64,000 nt of DNA from Octopus sinensis (taxonomy: Eukaryota), in contig NC_043009.1 of the NCBI RefSeq assembly GCF_006345805.1, positions 6,386,001-6,450,000 on the forward strand, given 5' to 3'. Positions 29,351 through 42,796 of the stretch are shown here, one piece after another. The first letter of the stretch is position 1, and each line of letters starts with the position of its first letter. Below the pieces are notes generated by a model. That model searched no databases. It worked only from the letters and a program-made list of their open reading frames with translations, and was not told the origin of the DNA. The position numbers and the translations under genes are program-made.

Positions 29351-30043
29351 AGTTTCTTTATTGGCCACACAGGGCTGCACACAGATGGGACAAGTTACAA
29401 GGTAGAGCTTTTCTTTGGGGGAGAAAGAAAAAAGGTGGCGTAGGTTTTCGATCAAAAGGGATCGTAAAAGGGAAAAAAGAAGAAAAAAGAGGAAAAAAGG
29501 GGAAGAGGAAAAAAACTATCAATAGGAATCGTGTATCACAGTGTCATGATGTATGGTGTAAAGAGGAAAGCAAGTAAGGTTTATCCGTGGGAAGAAAAGC
29601 CTACGAAAAAGACCACAGCAACCTTGGTCAATATTGTTATATGTTACCACATTTGTTTGCAAATTTCTATTTTCAATTTCTGGGTTCATAGCATTGTGCT
29701 CAAGGTGGCTTCGTCATTCATACGTGCCATCCTTGCTACATTCATCCATCTTTTTTTAAAACGTTCGCTAGACAAAACTTGCTTCTCTACTCTCACTTTC
29801 CTTTTCAAGTGGTACTTGAAGAAGTTGATGAGAGGTTGACCAGAGAGGAAAGTGTTTGTCTCCAATCCTTTCAGACGCGTTTACCAGATACATTCTTTCG
29901 CCATAGTCACAAGGATGATGAAAATAGCTCTTCCTTCCCGTTTGAAGGAAGGAGGCGTGACAATATTGACGATAGACTCAGCTGATAAACCGACTCGTCC
30001 CAAACGTGACAGCAGTTGTTCGACATAAGCCCACAGGTCGGAA

Positions 30044-30045
<2 letters not shown>
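29351..30045 (-). mobile_element. L1/Tx1-type LINE 3' end, copy 1 (5'-truncated)
   Basis: Highly similar to 30122-30952; ends AATAAAGAAACT followed by (TATC)n on the minus strand. Confidence 0.82.
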
Positions 30046-30121
<76 letters not shown>

Positions 30122-30123
<2 letters not shown>

Positions 30124-31255
30124 GTTTCTTTATTGGCCACACAGGGCTGCACACAGATGGGACAAGTTACAAGGTAGAGCTTTTCTTTTGGGGGATGAAG
30201 AGAACAAAAAACAAAAGAAAAAAAAGGGGGTGTCGTAGGTTTTCGATCAAGAGGGATCGTAAAAGGGAAGAAAAAAACAAAAAAAACAAAAAACAAAAAA
30301 AATTGAATAAAATAAAAAGAATAAAAAGAAAAAAAGAAAAGGAAAAGGAACAAAAGGAAAGAGAAATGAAAAAAGAAGAAAAAAGGGGAAAAAAGGGGAA
30401 GAGGAAAAAAAAGAACGATCAATAGGGATCGTGTATCACAGTGTTATGATATATGGTGTAAAGGGGAAAGCAAGTAAGGTTTATCCGTGGGAAGAAAAGC
30501 CTACAAAAAAGACCACGGTAACCTTGGTCAATATTGTTATATGTTACCACATTTGTTTGCAAGTGGGTAACCCTCTGTTTTCAATTTCTGGGTTCATAGG
30601 ATTATGCTCAAGGTGGCTTCGTCATTCATACGTGCCATCCTTGCTACATTCACCCATCTTTTTTAAAACGTTCGCTAGACAAAACTTGCCTCTCTACTCT
30701 CACTTTCCTTTTCAAGTGGTACTTGAAGAAGTTGATGAGAGATTGACCAGAGAGGAAAGTGTTTGTCTCCAATCCTTTCAGACGCGTCCACCAGATACAT
30801 TCTTTCGCCATAGCCACAAGGATGATGAGAATAGCTCTTCCTTCCCGTTTGAAGGAAGGAGGCGTGACAATATTGACGATAGACTCAGCTGATAAACCGA
30901 CTCGTACCACACGTGACAGCAGTTGTTCGACATAAGCCCACAGGTCGGAAATTGTTGGATACTGCACGAGTGCGTGCAGGACGGATTCGTCGCTCTGACC
31001 GCATCTCGGGCAGGTCGGACCGTGTTTCTCGAGCCGTGTCTGTAGAGCTTATCCCGAACGGGTAGCGCTTCTCGGTAGCACTGCCAGGCCAGGGATCTCT
31101 GGAAGTTGTCCATGGGCCCTGGCCCGAAAGTCGTCCTGAACAGGCGGGTCAGATACTCCTCGTCGACGTCCAGGTTCGCCCCGAGCTCGTCGTCGTACCT
31201 CCCCTCCACTAATCCCCTATAGAATGCTTTGGTTGTGTTGAAGTCACTCAAGGTC
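30122..31255 (-). mobile_element. L1/Tx1-type LINE 3' end, copy 2, with zf-RVT-like C-terminus
   Basis: Minus translation FQRSLAWQCYREALPVRDKLYRHG..PRCGQSDESVLHALVQYP..LWAYVEQLL..VAMAKECIWWTR resembles the CCHC zinc-binding region of L1-clade ORF2; GC-rich island within (GATA)n. Confidence 0.88.
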
Positions 31256-32379
31256 AGATAGATAGATAGATAAATGGATAAATCGATAGATAGACAGATA
31301 GACAGACAAACAGAGATGCATGTATAGATAAATAAATGGCTGCATGACAGAAAACTGCATATCAATATTCAATATAGTCGGTTAGGAATATAAAATGAGC
31401 AGCAAATAGTATCATCTATCGTTATTTATAAGATATAAATGAATATATCCCAAGCATTTTCCGACAATCAAATTGTTCAAGTAATTAAAGAACACATTGA
31501 GAAAACATATCAGTATGTATTTGGTGAATTAAACCCGATTAAGTTTCATGTTCACTTTCTCTTCAAGATAATATTATAATTTCTATGGTGTTAAATCTGT
31601 ATGTAATTCATTAAATTCGTTTATATTCTAATACAAATTACTTAAGTAATGTAGAAATACATTTAAATTTAACTAATGCTTATTTGATTTCTATTGCATA
31701 CAAACATATACATATTTGTATGTTTTTGTATGTATATCATAACAAACGAATGTGTACGAAACGAAAAGACAAATAGATATTTTAAAGTATTCTTTCACGT
31801 GAAGATAAAAATGTACAGCCTACAGAAGCTTCATTCAATATCTTAATTCTCGGGCGATTTAATAATCAATGGAGTTGATTGCAAATCTCTTAGATTCACG
31901 CCTCTCAATATCAAATTAATTTCTAACTTTGAGTAGATTTCTAAACATTCTCAGACTCTTTTATATACAGCTTTTCTGTCCCGAAATAATGTTTTAAAAA
32001 ATAAGATTGATGCCAAAACTGTTAGAGGTCCAATTGTGTGTATTATAGTTTTTAATACTTGTCTGAATTGATGATAGTTAAAGTGTCAGTTCTTACATCA
32101 TATGTCACTAATACGTTCAGGCCAATAAAACTAATTAAATTGCCAATTCGCTTGTCTTCTGTTATCACCTAAGAGACATCACTGATAATTCACTCATCGG
32201 CCACTCTGTTGTCTTATGTGAATATATCGTTTATCTTCATGAGTTTTGTCATGTTTAGATTGCAATCAGTTTCGCTGAACTATGTCGAACAACTAAACGT
32301 ATTATTTTGAGATTGTTTATTCTCGATAAATATGGAAGAATACATCAACATATGTTACAAATAAATCACATTTGTTTGT

Positions 32380-32535
32380 TTGTGTGGTGAAGAAGTGGGC
32401 TTTATCTCGGGTTCACTCTCCCTACTCGGCAAATTTCGGCGTATTCCACTATAGCAGTGGACCTATCAGCGCCATGTGGGTAAATTTTGTTGGTAAAAAC
32501 TAAGTAGAAACTCGTCGTTATATCTATATAGGAGC

Positions 32536-32571
<36 letters not shown>

Positions 32572-32852
32572 CTGCGTCTGTGTCTGTGTGTCCGTCTCTT
32601 TGTGTTTTTGCTTGTCAGGTTTTTGTTAGTTTACGTCCACAGAACCTAACGGTTTGTCAAAAATGATTTTTACCAGTATTTCAAAGGAGCAACCTTGTCA
32701 CATTCTGTGTCGCGCTAAACCTCCCTCAGACCTACCTTAAAGGCACGCGTGTCTGTGAACTGCTCAACCATTTTCACGTCAATGTATTGAGTAAGCTGTT
32801 AGGTTGATCGGATCAACTGGAACCCTCGTCGTAGTTTCTGAGGGAGTGCCCG
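32380..32852 (+). mobile_element. Degenerate family B SINE followed by a fragment of another interspersed repeat
   Basis: tgtgtggtgaagaag..gggttcactctcc head, TG core, gtttacgtcc..aacggtttgtcaaaa; then a GC-richer segment ending gggagtgccc. Confidence 0.55.
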
Positions 32853-33522
32853 TTATTATTATTGGTGGATTGTTTACTTAATAATGTATAACATATTCTT
32901 TTCTCTTTTGTTTTAAAGGCATAGTAATTAATAGATTTAGGCCGTGTTAGCATTGACGAGAAGGAATAAATTGTAAGGTACAAATGGGCAACTGCGTGCT
33001 GCATTTCTCTTAAGGTCACTAGAGACGGCCTACTTTAAAATGAGACACACATGTGCCGGGATGCAGTGCATCAGGATACAAGATGGATACTATACAATAG
33101 CAGTAACACATTATGAAGATTGCTGTCCGGACTCTTTCGCTGAACAGGACTTCAACAGACCACCTAATAACATCCACATATCCAGGGATAACGTATGTCT
33201 TTTGAGCTTGCCATATTTTAACGGAAACACAAATGCTGGGTGATCCGTAGAGAGAGATTGAGTATACGGACAATACACACCGGACCCTCAACATTGAAAT
33301 TCCTATTTAAAAACTGAAGAAGTACACGTCATATGCATGTTGCCCAACCGCACGAGAAACGAATAAAACGTATGACAACTGTATTAAGAGGTGTATAGAC
33401 TCACGTGTAGTAAACATAATGATTTAATGCAACATATTAATTATTATTCGAATAGTTTTTGCTTTTACAACAAATTAAAAAACATACACACACACAGTTA
33501 TATATATATATATAATATATAT

Positions 33523-33580
<58 letters not shown>

Positions 33581-33609
33581 CATATATGGTGTTTGACCCT
33601 TCTGTCCGG

Positions 33610-33802
33610 CACTAGTCGCCATGATAGATCATTAGCCACTACACATATTTCTTCTCTCGTCTTATTCTGCGTACCTTTCTATAGAAGAGACTAGGGTCGA
33701 AACGTAAAGTACTTTTTCTATTCCTGAGCGTTATACTAATACATCTGTTTGTTTTGTACATCACCTGTCCTCGTCTTTTGTTTTTTTCGCAGACTCTCCC
33801 TA
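33610..33802 (+). mobile_element. Penelope-type terminal fragment (homologous to 23338-23543)
   Basis: actagtcgccatgat..ctatagaagagactagggtcgaaacgtaaa..atacatctgtttgttttgtac..ctctccctat. Confidence 0.55.
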
Positions 33803-34655
33803 TGTATGCATGTATATGTGTGTGTGCATACGTGCGGGTACAGGTGTACATAAATCCCCTCACTTAAGCAGGGAATTTATTTCCTTATTTCCAGCGAATC
33901 GTCAGTGTCTCGTCAGGGTGGAGAATACATACACCACAGAATCCAGAAAAAAAGCCTTATAAGCTCATATCATGAGCATGATTCTTAATCTATTTCTAAC
34001 CTCTCCCTCATAAGGGAACTATTTGATTATTTTTATTTTGTTTAGAAGGGGTTCTCACAGGGGGGAATTACAGAACCTATGACATATATGAGAAAATACA
34101 GAAATAAAAAGAGGAAGACAGGAATGTATTTTTCAGACTGAGGACGTCACACTAGTGTTAACATCGAACGATCTTTCCCTATAAGCACTGAATAACCAGG
34201 TGGAGGTGGGGTTAAACCAGGTGAGAGATTACGTATGCCATCCAATTATATATATCGATCAGTGTGCTTTATGAAGCCAATTGAATTGTGGAACATCTGA
34301 TCTTGAATAAAGTGATTTGAAAAACAGTGAAATGAAGGAAAATAAAATCAATATGCAATTACAGCAAGTGAAAACTGTAACCAAGCGGTTAAATGCCATT
34401 TCCTGCAATAGTCTAACTTGTCTAAATTTTGTAGCAACTATCAATGGTATCATAAATGTCATTTCATTATACATTTGCAAAAATATACTCTAAAAAGAGA
34501 AAACAGTCACTCTTGCTGTATTATTTTATTGATAAAATTATTTTTTCGTGTGTAATCATTTGTTGTTTAAATGAATAGAGATGATATATTTCGTGAGTCA
34601 TTTTTTTCGTTTCACCTCCATCTCTCTTTCTGTATATATGTATATATATATATAT

Positions 34656-34716
<61 letters not shown>

Positions 34717-34809
34717 CTGTGTCTGTATCAGTGTGTGGTTGAATATATATAAATACATATTCACCCACATACTCACACAGATACTCACACACACACACAC
34801 ACACACACG

Positions 34810-34879
<70 letters not shown>

Positions 34880-35127
34880 TATATATATATAGGTATGTGT
34901 GAGCGCGCGGAACTATGTGCATATGTGGGGGTGTCTTTATGTTCGTATGGATGTATGGATATATTTGTCTTCATAATTTCCGTTTAGTTTAGCCTAATCG
35001 TACAATCAGTGAAGTCAAAAGGAAATGAAAATATTCACTTAAATTCTCATTGTACATAATATAAATATATGCGATATCTACACACATGTACACACACACA
35101 CTCACACATGTAAACTCTCATACACAT

Positions 35128-35159
<32 letters not shown>

Positions 35160-35854
35160 GCATAAATATATAGATATGTATGTAGATATATATGTATATG
35201 TGTCTACGTTATATATATACATATATATGTAACATGATATAATGATATATATATACACCCACACCCGCATATGTATATGTGTGTATGTAAAGGAATTTTC
35301 ATACGAGAAGATGGAATGAACAGCTTTTATTACAAATCACTGCAATCGTTTCGGCACATCGATATCAGCTTGTAATTGTATATACATATATTATGCACAT
35401 TATTACATTACTATGAGACAACAAACGCTGTATACGTGTACTCTTTCATGTAAGTAAGGCCCAGATCACTGCTAGGCCATCTTTACCTTCTCTTTATTTT
35501 ACACCCACGCCGTTATACTGTTTATACCTAGGCTTTGTCACAATTGCTTTTAAAGTCATTAACAAAGATTTTGAAACCAAATATGTTTACTCGTACGCAC
35601 CATTATGCATATGTACTTAAACATTCATTTAACACTGATGAGCGTAGATACATATATCTATCTAAATATGTGCTCAAATGTTTCACTCTCATGTATGTAT
35701 ATCTTCACATACTATTGACCTTATACGCCTCCACGTTTAACAAAACTTCGAATTAACACTTTTAAAATATATAAAACAATAGGGTAACCTTATTAGTGCT
35801 ATTCGTCCCGACCTACTTAGTACTATAGATCATGATATATCCATTCATGCATAC

Positions 35855-36963
35855 CATCCGGCATAGCCTAGGCCCAGCAAATAGGGACAACCATAACAAC
35901 GGAAGGCATAGCTAAATGATTATATTATAAGTAGATATAATACCGTTAACATTCATACTATAAGTAGCAACGGCATTGTTGTAAACATTAATAATACTAA
36001 CACTGAGAATAACTGCAATTAGAACAATAAATATACAAATACTAACGATTACATGAACACCAACAATGCCACTAAGGAGAAATATATAAATGAATGTAAC
36101 AAGAATTACCATAACCTACTATGGTAATTCATGCTATATTCATTCTATATCCAGGTCTTCCAAGTATATATCTATCAGTAAGTCATGACAAAGCGATCTA
36201 TCATATACATATTCTACTGTTAACCTAGTAACATTACACACGAGCAAATTCTTATGAAATTACTGAATTCATGTAAAAACATGGGTAGGTATATTTTTGA
36301 GCAAATAAAATTTGATATAATATTATATATCACACGTGTCTTCGAGGTTCCAACAACGAAGTTTTAAGTCAGAGATTACATACTAGAACGATTTCAGAGT
36401 TCGTGTTGATGATGATTTCATTGGAGTAAAATGTTCGTGGTTTTTGAGTATGCATTTCGTATAAGTGAAAAAAATCTGTTCTGTATCTTTTTTCTATTAG
36501 AGATCCCATATAAAGTCCGCGAACGATGTGCATTGTATTTTTCAAATATTCCTTAATGATGCGATTCCTGAACTGTCGCTTGTCACCCACATATATACAT
36601 ATACGTGTGCACTCATTCTAACAATACGTTTGTATACACTGGTTTGCCAGACGGCATGTTTTACTATCACTACAATTACATTTTTGATATTACTATTTAC
36701 AATCAAGTTACTTCTTGTTACATTCATTAATATATTTCTCTTCTTAGTGGCATTGTTGGGTTTCATGTTATCGTTAGTATTTGTATATTTATTGTTCTAA
36801 TTGCAGTTATTCTCAGGGTTAATATTATTAATGGTTACAACAATGCCGTCGCTACTTATAGTATCAATGTTAACGATATTATATCTACTTATATTATAAT
36901 CATTTAGCTATGCCTTCCGTTGTTATGGTGGTCCCCATTTGCTGGGCCTAGGCTATCTCGGAT
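35855..36963. mobile_element. Foldback element: ~250 bp inverted arms around a ~600 bp spacer
   Basis: 35855-36105 (tagcctaggcccagcaaat..ggaaggcatagctaaatgattat..tgtaacaagaa) is the reverse complement of 36712-36963. Confidence 0.8.
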
Positions 36964-37821
36964 GATATTTTTAGAATTTGTAATTCTCAGATGCAGCTTT
37001 CTGAGTTTATAAATATGGTACACTGGGCTATTTGATGTTGCATAGGACAGTTTTACCTTATGCCAATTAACCAATTTTCTAATATCAACTGAATTTAGGG
37101 AAATAGCTAACGAGGAGAACATTTTCTAAGCAATTCTATATGATACATGTAATCCGAACACCGGATTATATTACAAAATAGGTTGTGAGTAAGTATTATC
37201 ATGCTTTCTTTCCATCTTTGTTTCTTTTGTTTACATTTTTCTTTATTCTCTTGCAATATGATTTTAGATTTAGGCCTTTCCATTCCGTGATGATAACACT
37301 AATAATTTCATCTCTTACACGTTCAATAACGCATATATCTGTATAGGTTTTGTGTTGCTTTGTTTTCTGTCTTTTTTGTTACCTTCATTTACGCATTTAT
37401 AAACTATGCTATCGTTCGATGTATAATGATTTCGTTGTATTCTGCACTGGTTAATGCAGCATTGTAAGACTGCGTGGTAATTAAATGCAGAAAGCGTGGA
37501 TATTCTACTTGGCACACTTGTGGATAATTCTAAATGTTATTGATATATCTAAGAAAAAAGGAGGATGAGGAAGAGGAGAAACTGGGGGAGAAAATAACAA
37601 GGTCAACAACAATAATATAATCGAATTTTGCCACAACGTGACTCACACTTTACTTTAATTTCTTCGACTGGATTAAAGTCGAAATTCACCTCGGAGGTAT
37701 TTGAACTGAGAACGACAAGACCCGCAGAAGACCACGTTAACCATTTTGTCTGGACCTCGAACGATTAAACCCATCAACTCTTCTAACAATGATTGTAGCC
37801 AGAAACAAACATCACCAGCAC

Positions 37822-37824
37822 AAC

Positions 37825-37869
<45 letters not shown>

Positions 37870-37908
37870 TGGTTTAATAATAATAATAATAATAATAGTA
37901 ATAATAAT
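37822..37908. repeat. (AGT)n(AAT)n microsatellite between degenerate family A SINEs (~37660-38090, minus)
   Basis: Directly visible repeat; flanking gaaaggatgaacggcaaag and tttgaactgagaacg cores. Confidence 0.85.
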
Positions 37909-38696
37909 GGTTCAACATTTTGGCACAAGTCAGAGTATTTGGTGAAGAGGGTTAAGTCGAGTACATCCACTCTAGATGCTTAACCGGTGATTATTTCATA
38001 GGCCTCGAAAGGATGAACGGCAAAGAGAGACTTCAGCGCCATTTAAATTCAGGACGCAAAGCCAGCAGAAACGCCGGTGTGCTAAGAACTTAAGAAGAAA
38101 AAAACCAGTCTACCTCTTCTTAAGCTCGAGCATTAAATTTCAGCACACGCTATTCGTTTGGTATAGCATTTGAAGTCCAGCAGAGATTATTGTAAGTCCA
38201 ACCAAATACTGTAATCGGCGTGAACGATGTTTTACAAATATTAATTAAATCTAAGCGAACAGAATATTTCCCTTGTCTGATTGTAACCTTTGGTTCAATT
38301 CTGTAATTCTATTGTTACTACAGGAGTTTAGTTATTATATTTTCAGATTCAGTATCACAAATGAATACCTCTTCACTTCCGGTTTGTAAATCTAATTGTA
38401 AAGATATTGTGTAGGAAATATGATTATGGCTCAGTTTTCCTCGGAGAAAATAGATTAATTTGGCAATATATTTACAATATATTTACAAATGAATATTCCC
38501 AATAGGTTACTAAATATACGTATCGGTATCAGGAAGAAATAATATCGGATCAATGTTTTCTATTCTCTATCTACCACTAGATTCCCAATTATGGGAATAA
38601 TTTGGAATATATGTATACATACATACAAATATATATATATATTATATATATATAGATATACATACATACATACATACATATATACATACATACATG

Positions 38697-38768
<72 letters not shown>

Positions 38769-39079
38769 TGCATGGTGTTGTACGTATGTATACATATATA
38801 TGTGTATAGGTCAACATTTTCTATAATTTGAAAGGCAATTAATTCATATACCTGTACACTATTTTTCTAGTCCCTGAGCAAACTGCTCGAAGATGCCTAT
38901 GATCAATATATGCTAGCTGTAATTAGTATTTTTGTTTTCAGTTAAGGATATCTAGAAATACATAACAATGTGTAACACGATTTTTGCCCTTGAATACCAA
39001 CTGCTATTTCCTATGTCGTTAAACCTAGAAAGTATGAATAATGGTTAATATTTTCTTGAAAATTTGATATTTTAAAATA

Positions 39080-39245
39080 TGTTCAACCCCAAAGAATCCC
39101 TCTCAACACATGATTATGATACTCCACCACTACTCCTGTTCATGATCAAACATACACATATTTTCAGCTACAAAGGGACAAGCTCAAGTGGTTAACATCA
39201 AACAACTGACAAGCAAATCTGTGGTATTGAGCAGAATATTTTTCA
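39080..39245 (-). mobile_element. Fragment of the repeat found at 62622-63629
   Basis: aaccccaaagaatccctctcaacacatg..tgacaagcaaatctgtggtattgagcagaatattt is the reverse complement of ~63180-63340. Confidence 0.85.
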
Positions 39246-39987
39246 TAACGATATTTCTGCTTCCGTATCTCTGCGCTAAATCTGTCTTAAAGGTAATGGA
39301 AAATGGGTCAGTTTGTAAATATTGATAACTAGGTCAGCTATACTAAGTTCGAAGGGAATAAGAGGGATTTCCTTTGATTTCTAGACAGAAGCAAATAGGA
39401 AAGAACACTTACTGACCAAAGAAAAAATACAAAGTGTAATCAAATAATATAAACCAGTCATCAAATTAAAGTGATATTCTATCGAGTAGTTACTTTTGAC
39501 ATCGCAGAAACTAGACTCAGTTCAAATCTGGTACCAGCAATCCGTTGCCACATCATAATCCTAAATTCTGGAACCAAATCAACATCGACTAATTCTCCGA
39601 TTATGCTCTCTATATTGGTTACCCACAAATGAAAATGAAATTTTGGAAATGTCGCAGCTTCCTCATATATAAATGGCCTTCAAGTGCGTCCTCTTTCCGC
39701 CCTAGGTATGGAAATTTCCTCCAACACCTCGTTGTGTCTAGTAGCATTAATTCTAAGACGTTGTAGACACATTTGATTTGGTATGGTTTGGCATGACCTT
39801 CTTTGTGCCGCCCGCCTACCATGGAGTGGCATCATTTGATGGCTAAAACAATGCATAGCGCATTGTGACCAGCGATGCGTAACAGCATGTGATAGTTTGG
39901 TCGGTCACATTATCACGCGAGATATATACATACATAGAGACGTTTGTGTGGTTAAAAGCATATAAATATACATAGATACATACACAC

Positions 39988-40163
39988 CTCGTGTGTACCG
40001 TTGGCGATTTTTTTTCCTCTGTCTTCCCTTCTCCTATGTTTCCGACGAAGAGCTCCGCTCAAAACGTTAAACCCTCCTTCTTTCCTTCTTTCCTGAGCGT
40101 CCAATAATACTACATATGTTCCACGTTTTCGCGTTGTTGTGTTTTTCTGTGCTTTGGATTAAC

Positions 40164-40166
<3 letters not shown>
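39988..40166 (+). mobile_element. Penelope-type terminal fragment with mutated hammerhead core
   Basis: CCGACGA-A-GAGC-TCC-GCTC-AAAACGT at ~40042-40067 (GAAA core changed to AAAA). Confidence 0.55.
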
Positions 40167-40217
<51 letters not shown>

Positions 40218-40951
40218 TGAATGTATGTATGTATGTATGTATGCATGCATGTATGTATGTATGTATGCATGTATGTATGTATGTATGTATTTCAAGTGTT
40301 TTAACTTCAATCGTCAATATACACATCAGAAATTCTTGGAATTTTAACAGTCTACTTACGCTTTATTCTGAAGTAGAAGAATGTTCAGCATTATTTTCTG
40401 CCGACCCAAACTTTCGAGTGATATTGAGTAGAGGAATGACAGCCACAGCGCATGTCCCAATAATTTCAATTTAAAGGTGTATTACACATTGCCTTAGTGA
40501 CAGTTAGCTTTCAATTGAGTTCTTGTGTGTTCATCAGCCATTGTCAGCGAGCTAAAAATTCAAGTGCTTGGATAGAGTAATGATAATTCTAGAAAGGTAC
40601 GAATATTCATTTACTGGTTTCCTTTGTTAAACTACATCTATAGACCTGTATAATTTCTCGTGAGAATATTCTAGTAATCATAAGTTACGCAGCATATTTC
40701 GCAATGCCAGCATTTTGATGAGATGGAAGCCAATGAACAATTATAAAATACATAATCAATAATACCTTTCAATTTGATCTATACATGTATGTATTTGTTA
40801 TGTATGTATGTATGTATATATGTATGTATGTATGTAGGTATGCATGTAGGTATGTATATAGATTAAGTTACCGTTTGGTAGCTACGAAGAGAAGTACGTA
40901 AATCTCTATGTATGATGTATGCACATATGCACAACAAATATATAGACGTAC

Positions 40952-41022
<71 letters not shown>

Positions 41023-41767
41023 ATACATAGATACACGCACAAATAATTAGTATGCGCATTCATAACATGTATGCATAGGTATTTATATATTCGCATATGT
41101 ATATGTACACAGCATCATTTGAAGATATATATATATATATATGTTGTTGTATTTAGGAATTTCTATCGTGTGGATGCGATGAAAACAACTAGGCACATAC
41201 ATGCACAAAAACACAGGCGCACATATTTCACTCACACAACACGTACATGTATCTATTTGTCTGTAACTTCTTATGAAGTCACGTATTAATTAAAATGTAA
41301 AGAGAAAATTAGGCTTAACATCTCAATCTACTTAAATTATAACGTTTATCTGGAAGCTGGTGCATTTGTATTGCGATTTATCGTTGTGTATATATATATG
41401 TATGTATGTATATTTATATACATACATGCATGCGCATATACACATGCACGCACGCAGAGTCACACATACATATACAAAAACACGCACGCACACATATATA
41501 TACTTGTATACACCACTACGTTTGTGGAGGCAAAATGTATTGAAAATGTCGAAAATGCACTATTTAAATAGCAGGTTCTCAATTCCTATGAAACAATGGA
41601 AAAGTTATGTCTTTTATATAAAGCTTTTGAATTCGTATCGAATAATTTGTGAAAGTGCAATGTCCTTCAGCTCTCTATCGTGTGAATGCAACGAAAACAA
41701 CTAGGCACATACATACACAACACTCACACACACACGCACATGTATGTGTATGTGTTTTCATATATGA

Positions 41768-41837
<70 letters not shown>

Positions 41838-41894
41838 ATATATATATATATACATATATATATGCATATATATATATATGTATATATATATATA

Positions 41895-41935
<41 letters not shown>

Positions 41936-42402
41936 GTATGTGTATACACGTATATACTCACACGCACACATACTTTTTTATCTGTGCGTGAGTGTGTCTG
42001 CATACATACCTATGAAAGCTTATTATAAGCTGAGACATTCTGGCTGTACGGTTGTGTGTCCTTATGCTTTTGTTAAATCTCTGTAATTTGATTGGTTTTC
42101 TGTAACATTAACCATAAATAAGCCGACGGGCGTTTAAATTCTTAACGTTGCCTCACATTCAATCAAGATCGCGTATATTCCCTAAAGGAGAAATGCGTTA
42201 GACATGGTTATCACTTAAGACACATAATTACGGTTACGTATTCACATAGACATGTTTTATACATATACACATGTATATATATGCATACATATATATAGAG
42301 ACATACTTACATACAAACGTATGTATGTTTGTGGTAGTTTGTAATATTACGGATTTGTGTATTAGCGCATGAGTTTCCGAAATGTGTAACGTTTTATTCA
42401 GA

Positions 42403-42441
42403 ATATTTCTGGTAGACGCTTACGAAATATACATCTCTGGA

Positions 42442-42498
<57 letters not shown>

Positions 42499-42538
42499 CC
42501 ATAGATGTATATTTCGTAAGCGTCTACCAGAAATATAT
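42403..42538. repeat. Near-perfect hairpin with ~42 bp unique arms around (TA)n
   Basis: atatttctggtagacgcttacgaaatatacatctctggagg pairs with cctccatagatgtatatttcgtaagcgtctaccagaaatat. Confidence 0.9.
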
Positions 42539-42604
42539 ACAGAGAGAGAGAGAAGTGAGAGCGCTGTACGCGTGTGTGTATGTGTCTCTGTGTCTGTATA
42601 TATA

Positions 42605-42642
<38 letters not shown>

Positions 42643-42796
42643 TATATGTATGTATGTGTGTATATTTATATTCTTATGCAAAATACGTGCGCGTGTTTCA
42701 TTCAGTAAATGATTTATGGAAATCACTACTATTGGACTGCAAATCTCTAGGTTCAATGTTTGACTAGTATTAGAATTGGACATATGTGCTTAGATT

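Larger units (their letters stand above)
28531..38520 (+). pseudogene. GPCR-like pseudogene copy H: signal-peptide exon, SMB exon and decayed ectodomain/7TM
   Basis: MTLQTLYLILFLLICNS (28531) with donor AAG/GTATAT at 28750; acceptor tttctcttaag at 33014; HTCAG..C..HYEDCCPD (33046-33132); YIYR..CAL* and PIELW (~34250-34295); YICIGFVLLCF, RCIMISLYSAL, LAHLWIILNVIDI (37330-37550); FVWYSI*SP..KY..RCF, FPL..FNSV, IWQYIY (38150-38480). Confidence 0.58.

Noticed and set aside
29531-30892. Plus-strand ORFs of 102-153 aa
   Set aside because: Antisense frames of the L1/Tx1-type LINE ends.
33885-33920. Additional hammerhead candidate (minus CTGACGA..GAAAT)
   Set aside because: I could not identify paired stems I-III in this copy.
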